Shown piece by piece: positions 9,693 through 19,595 of a DNA stretch of 64,000 nt. The stretch is from Spirochaetia bacterium UBA2205 (GTDB taxonomy: Bacteria; Spirochaetota; UBA4802; UB4802): positions 72,482 through 136,481 of the forward strand of contig DCUV01000060.1 of the NCBI GenBank assembly GCA_002328585.1. Direction: 5' to 3'. Numbering within the stretch: position 1 is the first letter of the stretch; every line of letters begins with the position of its first letter. The translations under genes were made by a program, and so were the position numbers. The notes below the pieces were generated by a model. The model saw only the letters and a program-made list of their open reading frames with translations, had not been told where the DNA came from and made no database searches.

Positions 9693-11450
9693 ATGAAGAA
9701 ATTGCATAGTTTGCTCAAGAAGTATAAGTATCATGTTATAGTATTTTTTACTGCCCGTTATGATATACGTGAATATATATTACAGATAGTAATAGCGTTG
9801 TGCATAGGAGCTATTGCAGGTTTAGGGGCAATGGTATTCCATACACTTATTGAATGGATGCGTATTGCCATTAATCCAAAACATTTTGCGGATTATTTAG
9901 AAATTCCTTCAATTATAATAGTTATTATTCCAGTCATTGGTGGTTTGATTACAATCGGGATGACAAAAATATTCCCAGGGCAGGCCAAAGAAAGTGGTGT
10001 AAAAAGTATCATACGATCTGTAATGCTTCAAAACGGACATATTCCAATTGTTACTACATTATTTCATCTGGTTGCTTCTGCTGTGACATTAGGCACAGGC
10101 GCCCCATTAGGTCCTGAAGGGCCATCAGCTAAAATTGGTGGAGGTTTGGGATCGTATATTTCAACTTTATTACGATTAAATAGCAGGAAAAAAATAACAT
10201 ACACTGTAGCAGGTGCAGGCGCTGCTATTTCAGCAATATTTAATGCTCCCATTGCTGGAGTTTTTTTTGGGATTGAGGTTATATTGCTCAATGATCTGAA
10301 AAATGAATCCTTGAGTGCGCTGGTGATAGCTTCGGTAGCATCTGATATGATTTCAAAAACATACCTGGGGAATAATTCATTATTACAGATACCTGTATTT
10401 CATATAGACATTACTGAATTCCCATATTTTCTATTACTGGCGATAGTATGTGGTATTATATCGTTGCTATTCATGGGACTATCTCATAATATTAAGAAGT
10501 TGTATAAAAAGATAAAAGGTGATGATGTCATTGTTCTGTTATTGCCGGTATCACTTCTGTTTGCTTTTGTTGTGTTTATATATAATGATTTATTTGGTAT
10601 TGGGTATGCATTAATTAATAAAGTGCTTAGTAATCACTTCCCAATTAATGTGCTTATAATGCTATTAGTATTGAAACTATTATTTGTTGCATTATATATC
10701 CAAACAGGGGCTTATGGTGGATTGTTTGCACCATCGTTAGTAATAGGTGTGTTAGTTGGGTTTCTATTTGCGTCATTTTTTTCATATTTAGGGGTAAAAC
10801 TTGATCCTGCAGGCTATGCAATAATTGGTATGGGAGGTATTTTAGCAGGATTAAATTCAATCCCTATCACTGCTATCTTGATGGTATTTGAGTTGACCAA
10901 TGACTATCGCATTATCCTTCCAATTATGCTGGCTTCTGTAATTTCACATTTAACAGTTACATTTTATAATAAAGGCACAGTCTATGAATTGGAGCTTTTA
11001 GAGGATGGACTGGATGTTAGCAGAAGCCGTATTAATATACTTGAATCAATACAGGTGCTATCGATTTTGAAAAAAGACTTCCAGACTATAAATGCAAGAA
11101 CACCCTTGAATCAAACATTGGATAAGCTTTTAGATAGCGATTCAGGACTCATTGTCATTGATGACAACAATGAATATGTTGGCATTGTATCAATAAATGA
11201 GGTACGTCAGGCGTTGCTATCAAGTAATATTGTGGAATTATTAATATGCCAGGATATAGTAATCCATGTTGAGTCACTTCAGAAAATAGATTCCGCAGCG
11301 GAAGCATTAAAAAAGATGGATAAACATGGTATAGATTTTCTTGCGGTGGTTGAGAAAAACAAGGTTGTTGGAATGGTACAGCATAGGGATATAATTAGCA
11401 TTTACAATAAACTTGTGATGCAGTTAGAAGAAAAAGCTATGGCTATGTAG
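9693..11450 (+). CDS. ClC-family chloride channel / H+-Cl- antiporter with C-terminal CBS pair
   Basis: About 10 transmembrane helices, GPEGP and GxFAP ClC motifs, then two CBS domains at the C-terminus. Confidence 0.8.
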   Translation: MKKLHSLLKKYKYHVIVFFTARYDIREYILQIVIALCIGAIAGLGAMVFHTLIEWMRIAINPKHFADYLEIPSIIIVIIPVIGGLITIGMTKIFPGQAKESGVKSIIRSVMLQNGHIPIVTTLFHLVASAVTLGTGAPLGPEGPSAKIGGGLGSYISTLLRLNSRKKITYTVAGAGAAISAIFNAPIAGVFFGIEVILLNDLKNESLSALVIASVASDMISKTYLGNNSLLQIPVFHIDITEFPYFLLLAIVCGIISLLFMGLSHNIKKLYKKIKGDDVIVLLLPVSLLFAFVVFIYNDLFGIGYALINKVLSNHFPINVLIMLLVLKLLFVALYIQTGAYGGLFAPSLVIGVLVGFLFASFFSYLGVKLDPAGYAIIGMGGILAGLNSIPITAILMVFELTNDYRIILPIMLASVISHLTVTFYNKGTVYELELLEDGLDVSRSRINILESIQVLSILKKDFQTINARTPLNQTLDKLLDSDSGLIVIDDNNEYVGIVSINEVRQALLSSNIVELLICQDIVIHVESLQKIDSAAEALKKMDKHGIDFLAVVEKNKVVGMVQHRDIISIYNKLVMQLEEKAMAM

Positions 11451-11744
11451 GTTTTTCAATAAATAGTGCTTATGATTCATATCATGGTACAAAATACTTG
11501 ACGCTTGCAGTCATTTTTGTACACTGATACAGTACATTTACAAAATTTGTTTTTTGGGAGTTTTTCATAGCCCCATGGTAACTGTCCATGGTTTGGCAAG
11601 CTCACCAACTAAGGTTTTGAGTTGTACGCAGTACAGAATGAAACAAAATCGGTTCCAAAATAATTTTTTTAATGGTGGAGCAGCATTTCTCATATAAGAA
11701 AATGGTGAAGAAGATTAAGCACTATAACAATAATAATATTTTTT

Positions 11745-11950
11745 TTGAGGAGTTATCCATAGCCCGTCCAGGGCAACCAATAAAGGATGAAAATAGTTGG
11801 CGACAGCCATCCTGAATAACCCCTTGAAGTGGTTTCAGGATATCATTTAATTGTTTGGATTCTGGAGCAGGTCTGGAATGACAAAGGTGGCAAGAGTAGA
11901 TTTCGGGTTACGCCCGGAATGACAGTAGTGCATATTTCTATTTTCGGAGG
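11745..11950 (+). repeat. Copy B of the dispersed intergenic repeat. Its 3' end (TCTATTTTCGGAGG) supplies the leuS Shine-Dalgarno sequence.
   Basis: A CCTGAATAAC..TTCAGGAT hairpin, two GGAATGACA sub-repeats, and a conserved ~78-nt 3' module shared with copies C and D. Preceded by a partial extra 3' end (TTTTTTGAGGAGTTAT). Confidence 0.6.
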
Positions 11951-11959
11951 ACTTAAACA

Positions 11960-14425
11960 ATGTCAGAAGCTGAATATAATCCAAAAAAGATTGAAAAGAA
12001 GTGGCATGAACGATGGGATGAATCATTTATATTTCAATCGAAAAAAGATACTGACAGGAATAAGTATTATATATTAGAAATGTTTCCCTATCCTTCAGGG
12101 AGAATACATATGGGTCATGTTCGAAACTACTCTATTGGGGATGTTGTTGCACGATATAAACGTATGCAGGGATTTAATGTATTTCATCCTATGGGTTGGG
12201 ATGCTTTTGGTCTGCCCGCTGAAAATGCAGCTATCAAACATGGCATACCCCCTAAAAAATGGACCGACGATAACATTGATTATATGAAGAAACAGTTTAA
12301 AATGTTAGGTTATTCGTATGATTGGAACAGAGAAATTGCCACTCATACTCCAGAATATTATAAATGGAATCAATATATATTTATTAAGATGTATGAGAAG
12401 GGACTTGCCTATAAGCGTAAAGCTCCGGTCAACTGGTGTCCTACTTGCAATACGGTTCTGGCAAATGAACAGGTTGAAAATGGAGTGTGCTGGAGATGTG
12501 AAACACAGGTTACACAGCGTGAGTTAGAGCAATGGTTTTTTAAGATTACTGATTATGCTGAAGATCTATTAGCGGGACATGAAATATTAAAAGAAGGTTG
12601 GCCTGAGCGTGTAATAGTTATGCAACACAACTGGATAGGGCGTTCTACTGGACTTATTGTCAATTTCAAGGTAGCTGATACTGGTGAAGATTTTCCAATT
12701 TTTACCACACGCCCGGATACCATCTATGGTGTTACCTTTATGGTGATAGCTCCCGAGCATCCATTCCTTGAAAGGGTAAAAGATCAGAAGGTAAAAGATT
12801 TTATAAGGCAGATTAAAGCACAATCACTTATTGAACGCCTTTCAGAGGAAAAAGAAAAAGAAGGTATCGATACCGGTATTAAAATCATTAATCCTTTTAA
12901 TGGTGATATTGTGCCTCTGTATGTTGGTAATTTTGTTCTTATGGAATATGGAACAGGTGCGATTATGGCAGTACCTGCTCATGATACTCGTGACTTTGCC
13001 TTTGCTAAAAAATATACCATCCCTATTAAGGTTGTAATAGATAATCCTCAACATCCTGTTGATAGCAACACGATGAAAGATGCTTATATAGATGATGGAA
13101 TATGTGTTAATTCGGGACCATTTACAGGTTTGCATAATAGAGATGCCATCGAAGCAATAGCCGATTATGCAGAAAAAGAAGGCATAGGAAAAAGGAAAAT
13201 AAATTACAGGTTAAAGGATTGGCTCATTTCACGGCAGCGATACTGGGGATGTCCTATCCCCATTGTATATTGTGATAAGTGTGGTGCTCATCCCGTTGAC
13301 TATAAGGATTTACCTGTTATTTTGCCGGTAGATGTTGACTTCCACGGAGATTCTCGTTCACCGCTTACCATGATGCCTGAATTTTATAATGCTACATGCC
13401 CAGTTTGTGGTGGAAGTGCTCAACGCGAAACGGATACTATGGACACATTTGTGGATTCATCATGGTATTTTGCTAAGTTTACTTCGCCACATTCTACAGA
13501 GATATTTGATTTTGATGAGGTAAATTATTGGACACCTGTTGATCAGTACATTGGCGGGATTGAACATGCATGTATGCATCTTCTGTATGCACGATTCTTT
13601 ACCATGGTTTTGAATGATTTAGGATTACTACAGTATCGCGAACCATTTACACGGTTGTTGACGCAGGGGATGGTCATTAAAGATGGCGCCAAGATGAGTA
13701 AATCAAAGGGGAATGTTGTCGACCCGGATGATATTATCGATAAATATGGTGCTGATACAGTGCGTTTGTTCATGCTTTTTGCTGCTCCACCCGATAAAGA
13801 TCTGGACTGGTCAGATAAAGGAGTGGATGGGTGCTATAGATTTGTTAATAGAGTGTGGCGTATAATACAGAAGTATAGTGATTGTTATACCACATATAAT
13901 TTTGATACTATTGTGTTAGATAGTTCTCTGAAAAACTTAAGGAATGAAATCCACAGAACAGTTAAAGCTGTTACTCATGATATTGAAGATAGAATGCAAT
14001 TTAATACAGCTATCGCACGAATGATGGAACTTGTCAATGCACTCTATCTGGCAGATGAAACTCTGATACAAACTGACAGGGGCAAAATGGTTGTATCCGA
14101 ACTTTTTGACAAGCTTTTACCCATGTTAGGACCATTTATACCCCATGTTGCGGAGGAGTTATGGGAGCTATTAGGGCATAAGGATTTTATCGTCAATGCA
14201 GCATGGCCAGACTATATTGAAGAATTAACTACGAAAGAAGAGATAGAATTAGTTTTTCAAATTAATGGGAAGATACGGTCAAAGTGTAATGTAGCTGCAA
14301 ACATAACAAGAGAAGCAATGGAAAATGCCGCGCTGGAAGATGATAGAATAAAAGAAATGATTGCAGGGAAAACTGTTAAAAAGGTTATAGTAGTTCCTGG
14401 TAAACTGGTAAATATTGTTATATAA
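11960..14425 (+). CDS. leuS: Leucine--tRNA ligase
   Basis: HMGH and KMSKS class I motifs, editing domain, 821 aa with a typical LeuS N-terminus. Confidence 0.95.
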   Translation: MSEAEYNPKKIEKKWHERWDESFIFQSKKDTDRNKYYILEMFPYPSGRIHMGHVRNYSIGDVVARYKRMQGFNVFHPMGWDAFGLPAENAAIKHGIPPKKWTDDNIDYMKKQFKMLGYSYDWNREIATHTPEYYKWNQYIFIKMYEKGLAYKRKAPVNWCPTCNTVLANEQVENGVCWRCETQVTQRELEQWFFKITDYAEDLLAGHEILKEGWPERVIVMQHNWIGRSTGLIVNFKVADTGEDFPIFTTRPDTIYGVTFMVIAPEHPFLERVKDQKVKDFIRQIKAQSLIERLSEEKEKEGIDTGIKIINPFNGDIVPLYVGNFVLMEYGTGAIMAVPAHDTRDFAFAKKYTIPIKVVIDNPQHPVDSNTMKDAYIDDGICVNSGPFTGLHNRDAIEAIADYAEKEGIGKRKINYRLKDWLISRQRYWGCPIPIVYCDKCGAHPVDYKDLPVILPVDVDFHGDSRSPLTMMPEFYNATCPVCGGSAQRETDTMDTFVDSSWYFAKFTSPHSTEIFDFDEVNYWTPVDQYIGGIEHACMHLLYARFFTMVLNDLGLLQYREPFTRLLTQGMVIKDGAKMSKSKGNVVDPDDIIDKYGADTVRLFMLFAAPPDKDLDWSDKGVDGCYRFVNRVWRIIQKYSDCYTTYNFDTIVLDSSLKNLRNEIHRTVKAVTHDIEDRMQFNTAIARMMELVNALYLADETLIQTDRGKMVVSELFDKLLPMLGPFIPHVAEELWELLGHKDFIVNAAWPDYIEELTTKEEIELVFQINGKIRSKCNVAANITREAMENAALEDDRIKEMIAGKTVKKVIVVPGKLVNIVI

Positions 14426-14432
14426 GTCAGAT

Positions 14433-14822
14433 TTATTGTAAAAAAAAAGCTACTGCACAAACTATTCCAACAATTATCTGGAATAGTGCATCGATAATAA
14501 GTGCAAGACGGCTGCCTTCATGTCCTAATTCATCAAGACCTTCAAGGAAAAGTTTTTTAACCTTTTCCGGATATATTAATATAAATGGTCCGGTGAATAC
14601 TATAATTAATCCAATAATGAAAAGAGGTATTGAAAGTGAATTGGACGATGGTATTTGTGTAAGTGGAAATCCTGCTATAATAAGTATGATACCATGGATA
14701 AAATATAACTTGCTTGAAGTCCATCTAATCCATAATGACATCATAACTTTTGGGATAATAATTTCCAATAATCCTATACTAAATGCAACACAACCAAATG
14801 TTAAAATATAATACATTAACAT
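14433..14822 (-). CDS. Small integral membrane protein, unknown function
   Basis: 129 aa with 3-4 predicted transmembrane helices. Confidence 0.4.
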   Translation of the reverse strand: MLMYYILTFGCVAFSIGLLEIIIPKVMMSLWIRWTSSKLYFIHGIILIIAGFPLTQIPSSNSLSIPLFIIGLIIVFTGPFILIYPEKVKKLFLEGLDELGHEGSRLALIIDALFQIIVGIVCAVAFFLQ

Positions 14823-14910
14823 AGTCTATCCTTGATAAATACAATATATTAGATTAGGAGGATTTACATTAGGAAATCATAAATATGTCAAGAAATTTGG
14901 GAAATTAATA

Positions 14911-14948
14911 AACCATAAGAGGCTTAAAAGCTCCTCTTATGGTTTTTT
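14911..14948. terminator. Bidirectional rho-independent terminator (perfect 12-bp stem AACCATAAGAGG / CCTCTTATGGTT plus T-run)
   Basis: Seen in sequence between the START-domain gene and the downstream membrane-protein gene. Confidence 0.6.
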
Positions 14949-14954
14949 ACTGTA

Positions 14955-15596
14955 TCAGTCATTTTTATCTATAATTTTTTTTGAATATTTATATACGCCT
15001 TTCAGTGTTTTTAACGGTTGATCCTTTGCAGAAATATTTACTATCCATGCTGGAAGTGAGCCGCCTAATTCTGGATGTACCTGATATATCACTTCAACGT
15101 GGTTTTCATCTTTTTTGATTATATCCCATCGTCCCTTTAAGGAAGTCATTCTGACATAGCCACTGTCCTTTTTATATTCACTTGCATTAATAGATGTCAT
15201 AGTTACCCATGCTGTTCCTTTATTTTCATCCCAGCCAGATTCAACCTTAACTACTACATCACGATCTTTTACAACAGGAAGGTCCAGTACAAAGTACATG
15301 TCTAAATCCTGTGGATTCCGTACAGTGATTGCATATAAAGCATCGCACATGCCATACCATTTATGATAATTTGTATAATCCTGAATCACTTTTAATGCAA
15401 CATCAAATGGTATGTCGGCATAGCTCACTCCTTTAAATTCTTTATAGATAGAACCTGGTAATTCTCGTGTATAAATTTTGAGTACGGCATTGTCCTCTTT
15501 TCCTTCGTATATCAATTTCCATTGCTGTTGACCAAAAACAAAAACTGTTACAGTGATACATATAAATGTAAGTAGAAAGGTAAATGATTTTTTCAT
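14955..15596 (-). CDS. Secreted START/SRPBCC (Bet v1-like) lipid-binding domain protein
   Basis: Signal peptide, about 190-aa START-like fold. Co-oriented with the thiolase/ligase operon. Confidence 0.5.
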   Translation of the reverse strand: MKKSFTFLLTFICITVTVFVFGQQQWKLIYEGKEDNAVLKIYTRELPGSIYKEFKGVSYADIPFDVALKVIQDYTNYHKWYGMCDALYAITVRNPQDLDMYFVLDLPVVKDRDVVVKVESGWDENKGTAWVTMTSINASEYKKDSGYVRMTSLKGRWDIIKKDENHVEVIYQVHPELGGSLPAWIVNISAKDQPLKTLKGVYKYSKKIIDKND

Positions 15597-15640
15597 GGCA
15601 AACCTCCATGGTTTAGTATATTTTTGAAATACTATTATAA

Positions 15641-16819
15641 TTAATTAACCTTTTCTATCAGTAATGCGCCTGCATTACCAAATGCTCCACATAGTGAAGC
15701 AAGCCCATATTTTGCAGCAGGGAATTCAGTTGATAAAACATTAAGGAGTGTTACAACAATACGCGCTCCGGACTCCCCTAATGGATGACCTAATGCGAGT
15801 GCTCCTCCCCACACATTAACACGTTTAAACGGTGCATTTTCATTATCAAGTTTGAGCTCACGGATGCATGCTAATGATTGACTTGCAAAAGCCTCATTAA
15901 GCTCAATAGCACCAACTTCATCTAAATTTAATTTTTTACCTGCCACAAGCTTCTTAATTGCAGGTATTGGCCCAATACCCATAATAGTTGGGTCACAACC
16001 AGCTAAAACTCCATAAGAATATTTATACTTATATGATAACCCCATGGCATCAGCCTTTGTGCGACTCATGAGGAGAAGTGCGCATGCACCTTGAGTTAAG
16101 GGAGATGATGTAGCTGCTGTCACAACACCATCAGGTTTGAATGGTGACATCATTGTTTTCATTTTTTCAGGTTCAATTTTTTCACGAATCCATTGGTCTC
16201 TATCAACCATGAACTCGTTGCCATTGTCATCCAAACCTTTTATAGGTACTATCTCATTTTTAAATTTCCCGGCGATAGTTGCTTCCCATGCTTTTTTGTT
16301 TGACCATATCGCCATATTTTCCATATCTTCACGTGCAATTTTCCACATTTCAGCAACTTTCTCAGCCGTTGGTCCCATTAAAAGATCTGCACCGTTGTAG
16401 AATTTTAATAATCGGGGTGGAAAATCCATATTGGCTCCCATGGGAACCTTTTCCATATCCTCAACTCCTGCTGCTATGATGATGTCAGCTTCACCGGTCA
16501 TAATTGCTCGTGCAGCATGCATGGTAGCTGACATGCCTGATGGGCATTGATTGGTAAGGGTGTTAGTTGGTACTGAATCAGGAAATCCAGATGCCAGCCA
16601 TGCTAATCTTCCAATATCATTTTGCATTCCGGAAGGATTAGCACAACCTACAAAAACTGCATCAAGCATATCGGGAGTAATTTTGCTGTTACGTTCAAAT
16701 AATGCATTATAAACAGGCGTTAAAAGCTCATCAGGTCTTAAGTGCCTAAACCAACCTTTCTCTCGATGAGCCCTTCCATTTGGTGTTCTTACACCATCAA
16801 TGAAAACACATTCTCTCAT
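15641..16819 (-). CDS. Acetyl-CoA C-acyltransferase (thiolase)
   Basis: Thiolase N- and C-terminal signatures (..VNVWGGALALGHPLGESGARI.., C-terminal CGAFGNAGALL). Confidence 0.9.
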   Translation of the reverse strand: MRECVFIDGVRTPNGRAHREKGWFRHLRPDELLTPVYNALFERNSKITPDMLDAVFVGCANPSGMQNDIGRLAWLASGFPDSVPTNTLTNQCPSGMSATMHAARAIMTGEADIIIAAGVEDMEKVPMGANMDFPPRLLKFYNGADLLMGPTAEKVAEMWKIAREDMENMAIWSNKKAWEATIAGKFKNEIVPIKGLDDNGNEFMVDRDQWIREKIEPEKMKTMMSPFKPDGVVTAATSSPLTQGACALLLMSRTKADAMGLSYKYKYSYGVLAGCDPTIMGIGPIPAIKKLVAGKKLNLDEVGAIELNEAFASQSLACIRELKLDNENAPFKRVNVWGGALALGHPLGESGARIVVTLLNVLSTEFPAAKYGLASLCGAFGNAGALLIEKVN

Positions 16820-16848
16820 GGTAACCTCTCCATAAAAAATAAATAATA

Positions 16849-18729
16849 TTATTTAGATTTTGTTGCTAATTTTCTTTTTGATCTGGAAAACTCTTCAACA
16901 GCTATCTGGCGTAATAATTTTTTATCAACTTTTTCTACTGCTGTGCGAGGTAAATCATCGACAATCTTTACAAATTTTGGGACTGCATATTTTGCTACCT
17001 TTGCTTCAAGATATGATATAACATCTTTGGCAGTTAATTTTTTCATAAACTGCGGGAAAGGCTGTACAAACACAACTACTATCTCACTTCCTTCTCTTTC
17101 AGGATCTGGAATACCAACTGTTGCTGCAGTTTCTATCTGAGGATGTTCATAAAGAATTTCATCTATTTCTTTTGAGTAAACTTTGAATCCTGAAACATTG
17201 ATCATATCTTTTGTTCTATCGACAATATAAAAATAACCATTGCTATCAATCTGAACAACATCACCAGTATGTATAAATCCATCGTTGTCAAAACCACTAT
17301 CTGGTTTTGGCCAGTAACCCAGCATTCGTTGTGGACCATTTAAGAGCATTTCGGCCCTTCTCCCGGCGAGCATATCTTCAATGGGAATCAAATTTCCCGT
17401 TTCAAAATCCAAAAAGCGAATTTCAGTATCAGGGAAAGGAATGCCAATGGTACGTCGTTTTTCGACTGATTTCTTGCGGGTTTTTTTTGAGGTTGATTTC
17501 ATTCTCCATGCTATAATTTTAGTAAAAATATGACCAAAATTTTTAGTCCCTAGTAGTTGAAATAAACTGTTATTTAAATACAGCATGAATGGAATTTTAA
17601 GTAACAGGGTAATAAGTAAAACCCCTGTTTTACCTCCCAGAATACGGTACATTATGGTTGAATTAAGATGTGTTACCGGTGACATTTCTGATAGTCCATA
17701 TCCCTCCATAATGCCACTGTGTGATTTTTTTTCAAATTCCTCCTGTGTTGATTCTGAAAGTGGAGCCGAACCTGAAAGCCCAAGAATACCTATGCCATCA
17801 AGTTCTTCCCTTGCTAATTTCATAAATTGTGTTGGAACACCAATTTGCATTACCGGATAGTGTTTTTTAATATTATCTACCATTGCTTTTGTATCACGTG
17901 AGTCATTGATTAAAATTAAATTAAATCCAAATAACATCATTGTATGCATGAGACAATGACCATAACTATGGAAAAAAGGTAATCCCAGAATGGCTGAGAT
18001 TGCACCTTTAAACGAAATACCTCCTAAACCAAGAGCATGTAAGTTCTGAATACAATTTGCATAAATATTTCTGTGCGTTAGCATACAACCTTTAGGAACG
18101 CCAGTTGTACCACCAGTAAATAGCAGTGTTTCAATATCATTTTGGACATCAATGGCAACGGGCGATACATTGCCTGATGATGATTGAATAAGTGAATAGA
18201 GCTCGTATACATGCTTATGTTTTAGGATTTGTTTTGGATCAAATCTCGAAATATCGTTGCTTTTGCGTATTGTTGTTACTATAATGAATTGTAAGGAAAA
18301 CTTTTTCATTAAATTTTTTACTACTGCAATATGATCGTCAATAACAGTGCAGATAATAGCTTTAGGTTTTGCTTCTTTAAACTTGTGCTCAAGAGCTTCG
18401 GCTGGTTCCAGTGCACTACATGGTAAATGGATGAGACCTGCTTTTGCTATTGCATAATCACACATAACAAATTCTGTTGAAGTTGGAAGTATCGTTGCTA
18501 TGATATCGTTCTTTTTTAATCCAAACCCCTGGAATGCTGATGCAAGTTTGTTAACATATTCTAATAATTCTGGATATGATAAAAAGAAATTTTCTTGTAT
18601 AAGTCCGTTCTTTTTATATTTTTTTGCTGCAATTTCAAGAATCTCATACACTGGTTTTCCAGGATATGGTTTAAAGGTTTTGGGTATGCCTAAAATCTTA
18701 TATTCTTTATACCACGGTAGTGCTCCCAT
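16849..18729 (-). CDS. AMP-binding acyl-CoA synthetase carrying an unusual ~60-aa hydrophobic/basic insertion. Start placed at the Met with SD GGAGG.
   Basis: ANL motifs (TGGTTGVPKGC, EGYGLSEMSP, GFIHTGDV). Internal segment GVLLITLLLKIPFMLYL...KSTSKKTRKKSVEKRR sits between the GYGxTE and GxPxP motifs. Confidence 0.75.
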   Translation of the reverse strand: MGALPWYKEYKILGIPKTFKPYPGKPVYEILEIAAKKYKKNGLIQENFFLSYPELLEYVNKLASAFQGFGLKKNDIIATILPTSTEFVMCDYAIAKAGLIHLPCSALEPAEALEHKFKEAKPKAIICTVIDDHIAVVKNLMKKFSLQFIIVTTIRKSNDISRFDPKQILKHKHVYELYSLIQSSSGNVSPVAIDVQNDIETLLFTGGTTGVPKGCMLTHRNIYANCIQNLHALGLGGISFKGAISAILGLPFFHSYGHCLMHTMMLFGFNLILINDSRDTKAMVDNIKKHYPVMQIGVPTQFMKLAREELDGIGILGLSGSAPLSESTQEEFEKKSHSGIMEGYGLSEMSPVTHLNSTIMYRILGGKTGVLLITLLLKIPFMLYLNNSLFQLLGTKNFGHIFTKIIAWRMKSTSKKTRKKSVEKRRTIGIPFPDTEIRFLDFETGNLIPIEDMLAGRRAEMLLNGPQRMLGYWPKPDSGFDNDGFIHTGDVVQIDSNGYFYIVDRTKDMINVSGFKVYSKEIDEILYEHPQIETAATVGIPDPEREGSEIVVVFVQPFPQFMKKLTAKDVISYLEAKVAKYAVPKFVKIVDDLPRTAVEKVDKKLLRQIAVEEFSRSKRKLATKSK

Positions 18730-18749
18730 TGCTTTCCTCCATAACGCAT

Positions 18750-18795
18750 AAAAATAAAAAAATATCTCAACCACATTAATGTATGTGGTTGAGAT
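18750..18795 (-). terminator. Rho-independent terminator after the SCP2 gene (13-bp perfect stem ATCTCAACCACAT / ATGTGGTTGAGAT, U-run on the minus strand)
   Basis: Seen in sequence. Lies between the SCP2 stop and the ligase RBS. Confidence 0.6.
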
Positions 18796-18808
18796 AAAAA
18801 ATCATTTA

Positions 18809-19366
18809 TCAAGTGAATAGGGGTTGGGTTGCCATAGCAAAGCTCATGTCGCCTTCAATCTTCATTGCTCCTGACATGAAAAGATTTACTGGATTGGTTT
18901 CTTTTTTCATCAAAGCAGCAGAATCTTTTGTACTCATCCGGAAAATAGACTGCGGGGATGTGGCACCGTTGAGAATTGCTTCAATGGTAAATTCTGAGCC
19001 ATCATCATTTTTTAGTTTAGCTATAAAGCTGCCTTTTAATGATGATAGTGCATTGTAACGGGCACGTGTCAGATCTTTTTGCATACCCAGCAGCATATCA
19101 AGATTATTTGTGTCGATCATCTTTTTAAGATCGGATCCAGATATTTTTAATCTGAGCATGGCAGTGGGGATATCACCACATGGTGTAATATCTTTCCCAT
19201 CTTTAACTTTGAAACCATACGACTTTCCATCTACTTCAACTACCATTGTTATTTCTGTACCGCTTAATTCTTCAGGTGCATTAGAATTTTGGAGCATGTC
19301 CAAAGCTTCTTTTGGCATAATCTCGGTTAAAAATTGTTCAACCGTGGTATTTGATGTAGTAACCAT
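18809..19366 (-). CDS. SCP2 sterol-carrier domain protein
   Basis: C-terminal SCP2 fold (..NLFMSGAMKIEGDMSFAMATQPLF). Start taken at the second ATG, 6 nt after AAAGGAGG. Confidence 0.6.
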   Translation of the reverse strand: MVTTSNTTVEQFLTEIMPKEALDMLQNSNAPEELSGTEITMVVEVDGKSYGFKVKDGKDITPCGDIPTAMLRLKISGSDLKKMIDTNNLDMLLGMQKDLTRARYNALSSLKGSFIAKLKNDDGSEFTIEAILNGATSPQSIFRMSTKDSAALMKKETNPVNLFMSGAMKIEGDMSFAMATQPLFT

Positions 19367-19428
19367 AACCATCCTCCTTTATAATATAAAAAAAATTAAA
19401 AAAAGGGATAAATAAAAAATTTTCTTGA

Positions 19429-19448
19429 AATACTGACATGTCAGTATT
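19429..19448. promoter_or_regulatory. Perfect 20-bp palindrome AATACTGACATGTCAGTATT, putative TetR operator in the divergent SCP2-operon / tetR intergenic region
   Basis: Same core as the 30-bp palindrome at 20230-20259. Confidence 0.7.
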
Positions 19449-19595
19449 ATATTATTTTGTCAAGGTTATTTTTTTAAAAAATTCGGATTTTTAGTAAAAA
19501 ATTTTTTTTATTGATTGATATATAGTTAATGGTTAGATGGTTGATTTAATTTTGATTATATTATTTAAGAATTTACTATGTGCTGGAGGTATCCG

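Noticed and set aside
11451-11959. T-box leader upstream of leuS
   Set aside because: There is no T-box consensus (AATTAGGGTGGNACCGCG) or specifier/antiterminator architecture. The region is explained by the dispersed repeat.
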